From Marsupella aquatica (Eukaryota > Plantae > Marchantiophyta), in contig OZ316896.1 of assembly GCA_973895155.1 (NCBI GenBank), forward strand, positions 20,838,152-20,902,151: DNA of 64,000 nucleotides, given 5' to 3'. Shown piece after piece: positions 27,011-38,690 of the stretch. The notes beneath the pieces are model-generated. The model was not told the DNA's origin, did no database searches, and saw only the letters and a program-made list of their open reading frames with translations. Made by a program: the position numbers and the translations under genes. Position 1 is the stretch's first letter; every line of letters starts with the position of its first letter.

Positions 27011-27539
27011 TCAGGCAGTGGGCGGTCCACTATCCAGTGCTTGACCACTCTGGTCCTTGCTTCCTCCTTGCTGTGAACGCTCCATAGAAGACACCTCGCC
27101 CAAAGTGGACTCCCCAGTAGTAACTGACATTGTTGTTACTGTGCTTGAAGCCTCCAAGTCAAAATCGTCAACGCTTATGACTGGTAGATCAGGCATAGGG
27201 ATTTCCCAGTAAGGGCGTGCTGCCTCTCTCCCAAAAAGAACCGCCTCTGAATAGAGTAGGGCTCGCGTGGCCTCGACTTCAAGGACTTGTACACCACGGA
27301 AGGTAGCGTCAAAATTTTGCACCCCTGAATGTGGTCGCTGGAAGGCAAGCCGAGGTGCTTTGGGCCACAATGGAAAGCCACGTATAGCAATCCACATGGT
27401 GGCATCAGTTTGTCCCTTTCCTACAAGCCAAAGCCAAGTGTTCTCCATTCCCGTTGCTTCTCGTTGCTTCTCAATCACGAACAAAACTGGACTTCCTGAA
27501 TGCTGCGTTTGGCCGAATGAGAACTTGAAAATGTAAACT
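27011..27539 (-). CDS. Unknown-function ORF inside the transposon (5' end uncertain)
   Basis: Open frame of ~175 codons (VYIFKFSFGQ...WLWLVGKG...WIAIRGFPLWP) preceded by a TTGCAG acceptor; no recognisable motif. Confidence 0.4.
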
Positions 27540-27776
27540 CTGCAACTCTACAGCTTTTGGTCCAACCAAAACCGAGCTCAAAGTCAAACAAAACCTGAGG
27601 CTGGAGGACTCGCATGCTGGTCACATGAAAACGCAGTCGGGTACCTCACATGAAAACACCTTCAGTTGTCCATTGACAGTAGTACCAGATGTACCAAAGG
27701 TACTTTGAATGGTCTATTTCTTGAAAACAAAACGTGACACAAAGGACACATGCTTAAACCTGCCAAGTGTGCAGAG

Positions 27777-29296
27777 TTACTCCCCCACGCTGCATAGAAA
27801 TCTTCCAAGGGTCCTATTAAATTGCAGGGCAAAATCCATGACCTGCACTAGCAAGGCATTTCCTGCCTGTGATGTTGCTCGCCTTGATGCCCTAGGACGT
27901 CCTTCATAGTCGGATGGGTTAGCACCATCCACCTCAACCTGGTCATCCACCTGGTCATCTTCTGTCCACTCATCATTTTCACTAATGACATAATTGTGCA
28001 GTTTACAACAAAGGGTAATCCATCTCACCATCCAAAATGAATCCTTTTTTTGATTTAGTTGCACTCTTATCTCTTTCAGTGAATGCCACGGTGACTTAAG
28101 AACTCCAATACAATGTTCATTTGTAACTCAACATATTGCCACACAAGTGTTGAAGTCCTCTCTGTTGTTTGATAGATCAGCTCGTTTGAAGGAACATACA
28201 AAATGGGGACTGGCCTGGTAGCCAGAGTCACCCAATAAATATTGCCCTTCTTGGAACAATATGTTTGGACCCACCTGGTTGCAGTAGTCCCACAAGGGGG
28301 ACCTCCTGAGGCTAGTCAAGTCAACACATGATCCTGGCATTCCTGAATCATTCCAAACTTGAAGTTCAGTGGCTGGAAGAAATTCAAACACATAATTACA
28401 AGAGAAAATAAAGAAATAGTTATGCAAAAAAGGATCAAAGTACCTGTGAACATGAAAGTAATTCTTCGGTTGTGGTCACACACAACTTGTGTGTTAATGG
28501 AGTACCGGCTCTTCCTATCATAGTAGCATTCTCCATGTTCCTTTGGGCATTGTGTGAGTGGCATGAGGGACCCATCAATGAGCCCTACACATCCTGGAAA
28601 GCCATGTGCTGCAAATGTAGCCGAAATGGCCACTCTTTCAGTAGGCTCTGGCCAGACAATTTGGTCACACAGCACAGCCTCTAAAGCCACAAAACACCGC
28701 TTGCTGAAGTTGACTAGGCTGCCATAACTAACTCCCCAAGTTGGTATCAAATGGTTTATACAGGCCCCATTACCATCATGGCCAAGTCTGTCAAGACAGA
28801 CAGCTAGCTGTGTAATTATGGGTGCCTGACCATAATTTGATTGGGATTCAAAAATGGGATGAGATTCAATTTTGTTCACCAGACCAAAGAATGTTCGCTT
28901 ATCCATTCTGGTCAGCTGTCTGAAAAGTGTGGCAGGCAAGTTGTGGAAGTATTGGGTCACAAAATCAGCTGACTTAGTAGTCACTTGTCTTGGCACAAAG
29001 AACCTGGTGTTATAAAGCACAAAATACAATTCAAACATAGAAGTAGGAGTTTCCCCTTGAAATTCATGTGGATCATCTGAGATCTTTGAATCTTCACTAC
29101 TAGAGTCCATAGGTAACTCACTGTCTGATTCTAATAAAAGAGAGGCATTGCCCTGGTCCACTGCCGAGAGGTAGCCCATTGAAAGGTCAAGAGAGTCTGC
29201 ATCGGATGAAGAGTCTGAGGACTCCATAGCAATGTTTAGTTGAAGTTGATGCCTGACTGCCCTCAACTGTTTTTGGCGCTTTGAAACATGAGGCAT
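27777..29296 (-). pseudogene. Harbinger/HARBI1-type DDE transposase; exons 29296-28444 and 28342-27777; one internal TGA at 28130-28128
   Basis: FRQLTRMDKRTF, QLAVCLDRLGHDGNG, GFPGCVGLIDGS, YYDRKSRYSINTQVVCD, GMPGSCVD, YLLGDSGY, C*VTNEHCIGVLK, CCKLHNY; the frame continues past the stop. Confidence 0.88.
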
Positions 29297-29488
29297 AGTA
29301 AACGAAGCAGAGTACTGGAAAAGGTACAACAACAATGGGGCACATTGTTCAGAGTCTAACTACTACTGGTACACATAAATTGCACAATACCCATAAACTG
29401 AATGACATAGAATATACACAACATGAATTCACCAATGGACGCTTTATATGCAAAAACTGTCAATACATATGAGCAAATGATTGGGAGT

Positions 29489-30169
29489 CTAGTCTGACAG
29501 GTCAGTGTCCTCAAGAGCTTCTATCAAATCAGCTAGGATTTTTTTGGCACTCTTTGGCTTCGTAGGAGTGCAATCCCACTGTGGGATTTTTTTGGGTGTA
29601 CCCTGGTTGGGCGAAATTGCTACGCTTGTACCTACATGGACCCCAGGACTGCTTGTACATGCATCGTGCACAAATGCCAAACGCTGGATGTGCAGCTCCA
29701 TATCTTTCACCTCAAGCCACACTCGCATTTTAGGACATTTCTGCAATACTTTGTGGACAGTGAGTAGTTGTTGGATTTCATCTAAAAGGCTGAATTCCCT
29801 TGGTTGTACATTCAAGAGCACAGTTGCCTGATCCCAGATCAGGGCTTTGAGTGGAGGGGTGCCGCCGTTCACAACATCAAAGAGAATTAGTTGAAATCGG
29901 TATTTTGGCTCCCCAAGGGCAGAATGCCCACATTTTCGACCAAACTCTAGGGATTTCTTACAGGCTTTGCCAGGCTCAATGGGTTGAGAACATCCTGAAT
30001 ATGTAAACTTCCTTGGAAAAGGATTTCTCGCGCAATAATTCCCTGCCCAGACTAGCGAAGGAGGAAAGGACTCGGTTTTGCCTACAAGCCTTGCGTCCTC
30101 CACCACTGAAAGGGAAGTCCAGTCCCCCATGGCCTGGAATGCCACATGACACAGAAATTTCAAGCCCAT
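29489..30169 (-). CDS. RPA1 C-terminal-like OB-fold/zinc-ribbon protein carried in the transposon (alternative start 30130)
   Basis: FTYSGC..CKKSL..CGH..PKYRFQLILFD..ALIWDQATVLLNVQPREF fits the Rep_fac-A_C pattern YxAC..CxKK..C..RY.l...D.....fd..a..llG; intact 226 aa. Confidence 0.6.
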   Translation of the reverse strand: MGLKFLCHVAFQAMGDWTSLSVVEDARLVGKTESFPPSLVWAGNYCARNPFPRKFTYSGCSQPIEPGKACKKSLEFGRKCGHSALGEPKYRFQLILFDVVNGGTPPLKALIWDQATVLLNVQPREFSLLDEIQQLLTVHKVLQKCPKMRVWLEVKDMELHIQRLAFVHDACTSSPGVHVGTSVAISPNQGTPKKIPQWDCTPTKPKSAKKILADLIEALEDTDLSD

Positions 30170-32109
30170 AGCTATCTAAAAGGCAGAATCGCATAAAGGC
30201 ATTTCATATTGCAAGTTTTGATTCAAAGACTTCCTTACAAATTTGAGTAGTCGGGTGACGAACTGTTTCAGGCCGCTGCACAAACAGTCGTCGATGAAGC
30301 TCGTTGAAACTCACTGCTCGTGAAGAATGCTCACCAAGCTGACCTGATCCAAGGGCCCTCGATGAAGCACACTCGCGTCGAGCTTCTTCGCAAATTTTCC
30401 GCTCTGTGTCGCGTGGCTCTGCCGCGCTAAACCCCTAAGCTGAACTCCTAAACCCTTAACCTTGGTTACGCGCAGTTGAGCGCAGTCGGGCGCTCATTCT
30501 CGGTCACGGAACCCGGGCGTGACTGATCCGGTGTCGCATGCGACGCCCGACCAGTCATGCATGTTGCCCCGACCGGCTACAGTCTCGGGCGCGGTCATTC
30601 GTAAAAAAAATGCATATTTGAGACGCCCTATTAGAGTATCCCGAGAGAAGACTCTCTCCAGAATACGTGTCCGGTCCTCGCTGCAGCCCAACGGAGAATG
30701 GAGAAAGTGGTGGCCCAGGACTGAAGAAAAGTTGGCCAAGGAGCGAAAACATGAGACCCCAAAGCAAAAGGAGACTGCCTCCATCATTGCTGTTCAGCCG
30801 TAACTAGATGGAAATTTGACTATTCCACATTAGCTCAAAAGAAAATAAGGGAAAGATCCTGGACATCTATTTGCTTGCAATAATCCATGGACCCCCTTGT
30901 TTCTTTACATAATTAGGGTGTTTTAAATTAATGAGCTTAGTTGGAGTTAGTGTTTTCAATCATCCTTACTGACATTGTCATCATTATTCTCACCAGGAAC
31001 AGCTCTTTGTTGCAAGACCCATTTGCTATTGCATGAAAATTTGTTCTCTTCCTCTTCCTCCTTGAAAAAATTCTGGACTCTTTATGTCATTTTCATCCTT
31101 TTGCCAGGAAACTCTCCCTACCTGTATTGCCAGGAAAATAGATTGCTTGAAGGGAAGGGAGCCGTTCAAGCGCAGATAATTCATTTCAAGTGCTCATTTG
31201 CAAAAATGTTCCTGGAGTGATTACACATTTTGTTGGCACACCCTGTAAGTTTCTTCCTTGTGCTGAAGTTGGGCCTGCATAAAACATTGGAGAATGAATA
31301 TATCATTCCCCATAGTGGGCTACCCTACAGTTCTGCATGATTATTGTCAACTAATGGGTGGATACTCGTTTGGTTAATTTCAAGGGGGAAGGAAAAAACT
31401 TCCATGGAATGGAAGTAAAGCCAATCAACATCCACCAAGTTAAATGACTTGCATGCCCTTAAATGAAATAGAAATTCTCATTGATATATTGAAAGGACAA
31501 TTTAAAACAGAAAATACAGTCCATGTTGTACGGGAGATTTCCTATGGTCTGTTTACAAAATTTCTTTCCGACTCGAACGGCCTCCAACTATCGGGGAGCC
31601 TCTTTGGCCATTCAATTATTGTGACATTTCTTCCTAACCATGAGGGTCCTAAAATTGTCATCGTGCACCTTTTGCCATGCCCAACCTCATCACTCTCCCC
31701 ACAACTCGCACATTCCTTGAAATCCAGTTCATTGTGAGACCGGTTCATGAATTATAGTCTTTGATTCAATATTTAGAATCTGTTTGGGTAGTTAGAGGCA
31801 TGGGAGTATGTGGCCTTCCTGTGCATATCACGGGTATTGGGGCTGGTTAAAATTACTCACGGTGAAGTGTAAAGTGAGACACCTTGGCTATGGTGGAGGG
31901 GATGCGCACAAGTATTCAGGCTCGACAGTTGCACTTGTGCATGTTGAATTGGCCTTAGTTGCACTTATGCACTGATAGTGGACTGTAAGTGAGAAATCTC
32001 TACTATGGTGGAAGGAGGAGAGGCCCTACAAACTTGCCGACTCAGGGCATGAGACATGCCATGGCATTGTCTAATTCATCCAACCTAGCGTTGGGTAGTA
32101 CCTGTAGAA

Positions 32110-32690
32110 TCACCGGATATGTTGACAAGACGACTGCAGGCGGACAACTTAGGATTTGTAATGTCATGGAAATGGTTGACTCAGACAATTAATTGAGGCA
32201 TTTGTTGTCCTCGTGCATTGCCACTCTATGGACTCCCAAAACAAACACTTTACAATGATTCACAACAAACTTGCGTCGGCCTGGCGCCCCAATGCACATC
32301 CAAAGATCCTTGTCTTCGTGCATGCCATAGCAAGCGCTCAAGCTGCCACAATTCTTGACCATTTTACTATTATTGTTGTTTTGCATTTTGGTCTACAGTT
32401 GACGTTGTGCAGTGGTCTGTGGAGAATGGTAAGTTCCCACATGCTCTCCTCAAGTTGTATCGAGTGGTGTTTGTTGAGCAAACCGAAGAGCGTATTCTGG
32501 GCGGGGATGTAGAGCAGCTCATCTACATTGTGGAAGAAGGTTCATTGAGTGGTGAATCTGGTTTTGTATATGTAGTTGTTGATGAAGAGGACCTACTTTA
32601 GCTACCAGCTTAGGTACGCTTTGATGGCGGTGAGCAATTCAACATCATTTGATCCATAGTGCCAGCATATGTCTTGCTTTTGTGTTCAAT
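32110..32690 (-). pseudogene. GT92/DUF23 (GALS-like) glycosyltransferase pseudogene fragment
   Basis: K*VLFINNYIYKTRFTTQ*TFFHNVDELLYIP restores by transitions to QVLFINDCIYKTRFTTQWTFFHDVDELLYIP; downstream RRKFVV...VFVLGVH and NHFHD parallel GALS RKYAV...VFATGVH and HYH. Confidence 0.55.
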
Positions 32691-32719
32691 GCCTCCATGA
32701 GATTAGAAGTAGAAATGCA

Positions 32720-33810
32720 TTCATGCAGTGTTAGATTCTTCTAAGGGAGAAGATTGAAGAGAGGGACTCCCATGAAGGAACCATCTACAATCCATAGGTA
32801 AGATCTTGGCAGGGTTTCAAATAGGGGCAACTTGAGCTATCTCCCTCCCATCCGCATCCTTGTTGAATGAACAGTTAAACTTGGAGATGGGGAATTGCAA
32901 GCATGCATCCGTGGACTGTAAACCCGAAACCCTACACACAACTCTTGTTGTTGTCCACCGGATGACAATGTTGGAAGTCTATCAGTCATGGAGTCAAGCC
33001 CCCAAGCCCTTGTGCTATTTGACTGGATGTTGATTGTGGACTTATTAGAAGCTCATTGACTAGTGAAAACAAATCATTGGCCTGATGGTCATCTTTCAGA
33101 TCGAAGGTCTGGAAACCAAACTTAGATAGCTAAACAAGCTTCAGGCTTGCCCTCTTGTCATTAGAATCTTGACGGGTTCCCCAAGTGGTTCCTGATATAC
33201 TCCTTCTCTAAATGCTCCCAAAGCCTTGGGAAGAGTGAAGCTATGAAGATGATCAGAGAGCCTTTGGTCCAGCTCAACTATGAGGTAGCAGCTGGATCAG
33301 GATTGAAGCCATGATCCAAACCACTCGTTGACTATTGTGCTAAGTTTCTATACATTCCAGTTCCATCCCTGTACCTCACTTGCATCCCAACCACTTGCTT
33401 GCACTACTAAACTCCTTGATATACACATTTCGCACCCTTTGCCAGATGGAGTCCATTGGAAGAGTCAGCTAGCGGAGGAGGTGTGTCATTGGGTCACTAT
33501 TTGGGAATAAATATTTCATAACTGGATGAATGGTTGGAATGGCAGATAGGCAAGGGAGGAGATAGAGCAATTGTTGATGAAATTTATCCATCTCACTTGC
33601 TGGAGATGCTCATGCTCATTGTCACAAAAGAATCTAGAATGGGGACCCTGTCCTTCATTGGCTTGAAAGTGAGAAATAAGGTTGTTGTAGTGGGGGGGGG
33701 GGGGGGGGGTCAATTTCCAGACATATCAATCTTCTTCGGTCATCACAATCTCCTTTTCACATACTGAGCGGTCATTCCTCATCCATGCAACTCAATTCCG
33801 TCCCCATTAA
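32720..33810 (-). pseudogene. Degenerate copy of the 3' half of the GT37 fucosyltransferase gene (source ~18920-19993)
   Basis: Colinear nucleotide similarity (AGATTCTTCTAAGGGAG, GATCTTGGCAGGGTTTCAAAT, GAAATTTATCCATCTCAC); peptide ANEGQGPHSRFFCDNEHEHLQQVRWINFIN; many stops and frameshifts. Confidence 0.9.
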
Positions 33811-36800
33811 TTTGCTCTTACCTTTGCTACTCTCATTGGTCTCGATCATTACGCCTCCTTCTTGAACAAGTATCTCCAAGAATAGGGCAAGATCTTTGAG
33901 AAAAAATTCACTAAAAATCCCATTGATTTTCCATTGAAGCTTCCTCAGTCGCTTGACCTGCAACATTTGCACAAACAATTATAACCCACATCCCAGAAGT
34001 GGGGTTCACCAAAGCCCTTTGCACACAAACAACTAAGTGATATTTCAATATCTCTCTATCACCTAAATGAAAGCGAGCAGCCAGGAACATCTAGGAGTGG
34101 GGCCAAAGGGTTATAAAATATCCCATAATATATGAGTTTGTAAGAACCATTTAGCTAAACTGCCATTGACTACTCTTATGACTGTATACAGTACTAATAT
34201 AAGTTGGGTGTAAAAGTTGGTCAGGGCTGTCCTCATGTCTAACTACAGTAGGTTACATTTGGCACCTTTGTCTGTCATATATATTAAATGGCAAGACACT
34301 CTTAATGAAGGTTGTGAGTGGTATCTCTGCTTTGGCCGGCCTCCGGGGGTGGTTTAAATTCCTCACTTGCCTTGCTTGAGATACAATGCTTAAAAAACTT
34401 GTGTCCCTCCCCTCCTTATCCCTTCTTGTCGGATGCCAAATTAGGTAGTAGTGTTTGACTAGAGTTAAAAGATGGAGTAAACTATAGTTAGAAGCAACCA
34501 CGGTTTGAAGTAAGGTAGGATAGACAAAAAGAAAAGCATAGTATGAAGTAGACGGTCGAGACAACTAAAGCATGGAGTGCCAAGCTGAGTTAGGTAAGAT
34601 TAGGTTAGAAAAATAAGATTCATTAGGTTAGCATTAGTAGTTAAATAATTCGAATGTGAATGAAGGGATGGCCAACTTAGCAGAATTATAGAAAATTATC
34701 AAAATAGAATTTAGGTCAGGAAATTTGGCAAGTAGTTAGTCTTTGGATCAAGGAACACACTGGCAAGGTTTCAAGAAAAAATGGAGGTTGGAGCACAACA
34801 CTAGAGATTTATGAAACAGGGGCTTTGTTATAAGTATATTCAAACGATGTACTGTAGAAGTAAATTGCGGGTTCTGAGTACAAGCAACCAGTGCTATAGG
34901 AGTTAGTTGATAAGGCCAGGTGTCACCACAGGAGTCCTTCTCATAAGGACACAAACTTCCAAAGGAAAGCTAAGAAGCAGGAATGGGGGAAGAGCAAAAT
35001 TCCAGCAGAAATTTCAGGGTGGCAGCCCGGTGCAATTAAGGGAAATCAACATCCTTCCATAAGGACAATGTTGGTTGACTCGAAAACGGAGGAACACAGG
35101 AATCAGCGGCATGTGAGGCATGAAGGGATAAGGGATTGAGATTTGCCACCGAGAGAACATCTATGGTGCTGAAGGAAGCTCTGGAGATAGGAAAATCTCT
35201 TCCTCCGTGGCAAATTTACTACTGCACTCGGGATTAGCCGGCACTGAAGCTCGATGCTGCTGCTGCTTCACTGAAGCTTGATGCTGCTGCTTCATTGAAG
35301 ATCAATACTGGGGATGCTACTCTGTTGATTGAGACACAATGCTGCTAATATATAGCAGCTCGCAGTTGCTGCTAGTGGAACCCGAGATACTACATTACAA
35401 ATCAAAATTTTCTGATTGGAACTTGCTGCTGATTGAAGATCATAGCTGATACGTACATTGCTGCTACATTGAGCTATGCTACTGAATAGAGGAGTTTTGT
35501 TGTTGGCCATCAATGGAGTTGTTGTGCTGCTATTGAAATTGATGCTGGCTATGGAGGAGGGAAGTTGTTGCAGCTAATTTGTAGCCTATTGCTGCTGCTT
35601 AAAGTCAAAGCTGCCACAGCTAACATGGAAGCTTGTAGCTGAAATTGAAGGTTGCTACTACCAATTGAAGTTGAGAGCTCGTTGTTGCTGAAGAGAGTTG
35701 CTGAAGAGAGCTACTGAAGAGCTTACTGCTGAAAGAGCTTAATGTTGCGCTATGGAAAAAGCTATGGAGAAGAGCTATGCAGCTAGAGCTTCATGCTGCT
35801 ATGGAGTTTGCAGCTATGGAGGTGGAAGTTGCAGCTATGGAGGAGAGACTCGCTGCTGAGTAAGGATCGGCGAGCTGTGCTACGCCACTGCAATTGTGCT
35901 TCGCAAAAAGAGAAAAGAAAGATTAAAAAAAATGTGAGAGTTGCGTTGGCACTAGGATTTGACCACAAGACCTAGGGGATGGTAAGGAATTCGAGTGGGC
36001 TACCAAGGGAGCATTCCAATCTCTTCAATTAGAAAGCCTATGCGAACTTTAATTAAATCTGTGACACAATCGTGGTTTAAGGCCGGGTGGGGACCAGGGA
36101 GGTTAAGGAAGGACCCCACGATGTAGACATGACTTCCGAGATGACTTAGCATTTGTTTTGAACCTAAGTGGACTATTGGAAGCAGTTTTTTGTTGACTCT
36201 AAAGTAGCCGTTGTGTTAAGTAGTTGGGCTATTATGAAGCCAACACTTAGGGGATACAAATAAACTAGCAAGGATTTTAGTGCTGCTGATTAGATAGTTA
36301 TGCATCAGTTGTGTGCCAGCAACTTGAGATCATTTTGTTTTGCTAGTTATCTTCGAAGCATATTCATGCGGAAGTATTCTCCAGGTAAAGTCTATAGACT
36401 GAAAAAAAGAGCCGATCTGTACTCCTGTGGTAACCTGAGGTTCAGTGGCATAACTCGAGACTCAATGGTGACCCGGAACTCAGAGACGTTCCAACACTCA
36501 GTTGTAGACCGGACCTAGAGCTTCCTTGTGAGAATGTTATTTTTGTATAGTGTATAAACTCTGGTGGTTGTAAGAGTTACCAAGGGGTACCCTGGTTACT
36601 CGCGTCATAAAGAGAGTATCTTGGCACTGTTGTTTCCTGGGTGACAACCAGAGTTAGAGTTATAGTAGTTGAAGGGTTTTGACCTGCGGTTAAAGTAGAA
36701 ACTTAACCAGAGTTAAGTTCAGTAAGCTGGTGGTTACACTTGGGTTAGGTTTTTCAGTGACCACTAACCTGAGTTAGCACCCTAGGTTTGGTTTGGTTTG

Positions 36801-37995
36801 GTTTGGTGTGGCTTGGCTTGGATCCCTGGGGTGCTGTGTGAGAGATAAAGAGGAGAAATAGGGGACTGCTTCCTCACTTGTTTACTTCTATCCTCCTTGG
36901 TAAGGTTGAAAGTTTGGAGGCTAGGACTCTCATTTCATAGGGCAGCAACATTGGCTTGAGGTACTTGGGAGGATATATGGATAGTGAATTAGTCCACTAG
37001 GTAGGCACCAAGGAAAGGGTCAAGAGAGGTGTTGGGATCCAAACTTGTACTATTCCTTGTAGTAAAGACGCATGTTGAAGCCTCAATCTCGAAACATTGT
37101 CCAGTGAGTATGTGAAATCCAATGAGCGTGTATACCAAATTTTGTTATGATTTGACACCAGAGGGGTGAAACTTGAAGTCGGGGTTGAAAGAGGAACTAA
37201 GCACTTGCCTTGTTGTGATAGGAGATGACGACTATGGAGCCCTCAACGAGGGAAGTGGAGGTAACTCTGGGGAGTTAGCCATAGTGAGAGTTGGTGGGGA
37301 CAGCTTGTGGGGGGTGCTTGCCGTGTTGAGATCGGGAGTGGATTTGTGTGATTTCTTTCCAACGGAGAAGGGGGGGAGTGATAGCCACCCTTCGAGGTTA
37401 TCTTTCTAGCGATGGAAATAAAACTACCTGGTTGGGTGTGTGAGTGGAAAATAAGAGAGTAAGATAGAAAGAGGCCTCCTCTCCTGCTATTCACCCGTCT
37501 TAGGAATCCGGATAACGATAAGAAGGGACATTAGTGGTGAGAGTTAAGCCCCATTGCAAGGTATTGACACTTTTTCTATGAGCATTGTCAATGAAGTCAA
37601 ACGGGGTGACAATGTCTGAAAAGCTAGTGTGGGCCAGATTTGACACCTATTAATAGAGAAAAGCAACAGAAGAGTACTGCAAAGGCTACAAGGAGTAAGG
37701 ACATGGTAGTTCACATAAAATATAGAAAGCAGTCATTGCAAGGAAATATTTGACTAACTTGGCTGTGGCTTGATGACAGGGCAAGAAATGAACATGTAAG
37801 TCTCCAAATGTGTCAACAACTATTCAATCTACCTATGTATGGAGCCGTTTGAGGTCCTTCAATGTACTATCATCTAGTGTCACATTCAAACCCTACTTTG
37901 TTGGTCCCTCAACATCATTCTTGACACCACCCATTTCACCAGCATAAAATGACCATCCCAATTAATGTTGGAACTCATAGAATCCATCTCAAAAT

Positions 37996-38281
37996 CCCGG
38001 GGGGGTTGACTATCAAAAATCTTAAGAATCACGTACGATCCAAAATATGTATTTTTGATAAAAATTAACTAAATTTTTAAAAAGCATAGGAGGCAAAAGA
38101 AGGTATTATAAACTCATGTTATATGATATTCCCTAAAATACATTTTTTATAAAGTAAAATAAGTTATTAATATTGAAAATTGAGATTAAATTTAATTTAA
38201 TTTTTTATAAAATAGGTTTATTTATATTAGGCTATGAATCGCACATAGTATCTCAAAATATATACTTAGTTAACCCCCAAG
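37996..38281. mobile_element. AT-rich MITE copy, inverted relative to 40148-40433
   Basis: CCCGGGGGGGTTGAC...GTTAACCCCCAAG; interior is the reverse complement of 40148-40433. Confidence 0.75.
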
Positions 38282-38351
38282 CTCACTTTCTCTGCGGTTT
38301 CACTCATCTTTGCTCGAGCTCTTTCCCACTATTCAGATTTTGACAATGCAT

Positions 38352-38690
38352 TAGACTACTAACTTCCTTGAAGTCTCTCCAGTTCTTTCCTTGGCAGCGG
38401 TTTAGAATTTTTCCCTGTACAGCCTTTGTGGGCCACTCCTCAAGACTTGGGGCAAGTACAACACAATGGATTTAGAGTGCTTTGGCCAATACCTTGCATA
38501 GACTAGAATAGACTACACTAATTTTCTTGAAGTCTCTCTAGTTCTTTCCTTTGTAGCAGTTTAGAATTTTGCCCTATACGGCCTTTGCAGGCCATTTGTG
38601 AGGACCTGGAGCGAGTACAACACACGATGAGGATGCGTGTACAATAGAGTGGATTTAGAGTGTTCTGGCCAATACCTTGCCTAGACTATT
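38352..38690. repeat. Two-copy ~160-185 bp direct repeat
   Basis: TAGACTAC..CTTGAAGTCTCTC.AGTTCTTTCCTT...TGGATTTAGAGTG..TGGCCAATACCTTGC.TAGACTA twice. Confidence 0.75.

Larger units (their letters stand above)
24507..30629. mobile_element. Full-length PIF/Harbinger-superfamily (PHIS, Pangu-like) DNA transposon, 6123 bp, four ORFs
   Basis: TIRs AGGGCATCTCAAATATG / rc AGGGCGTCTCAAATATG (16/17); ATT TSD at 24504-24506 and 30630-30632; encloses a HARBI1-type DDE gene and a convergent Myb-like gene. Confidence 0.9.

Noticed and set aside
30428-30462. Telomere-like AAACCCT motifs (also ~44590)
   Set aside because: Only 2-3 degenerate units; telo-box-like motifs are common in plant DNA
33810-37530. 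Degenerate LTR retrotransposon (PBS-like TGGTGTCAAA on minus at ~37150; GCT-rich low-complexity block)
   Set aside because: No paired LTR, TSD or recognisable pol motifs found; probably repeat-derived but not classifiable by eye
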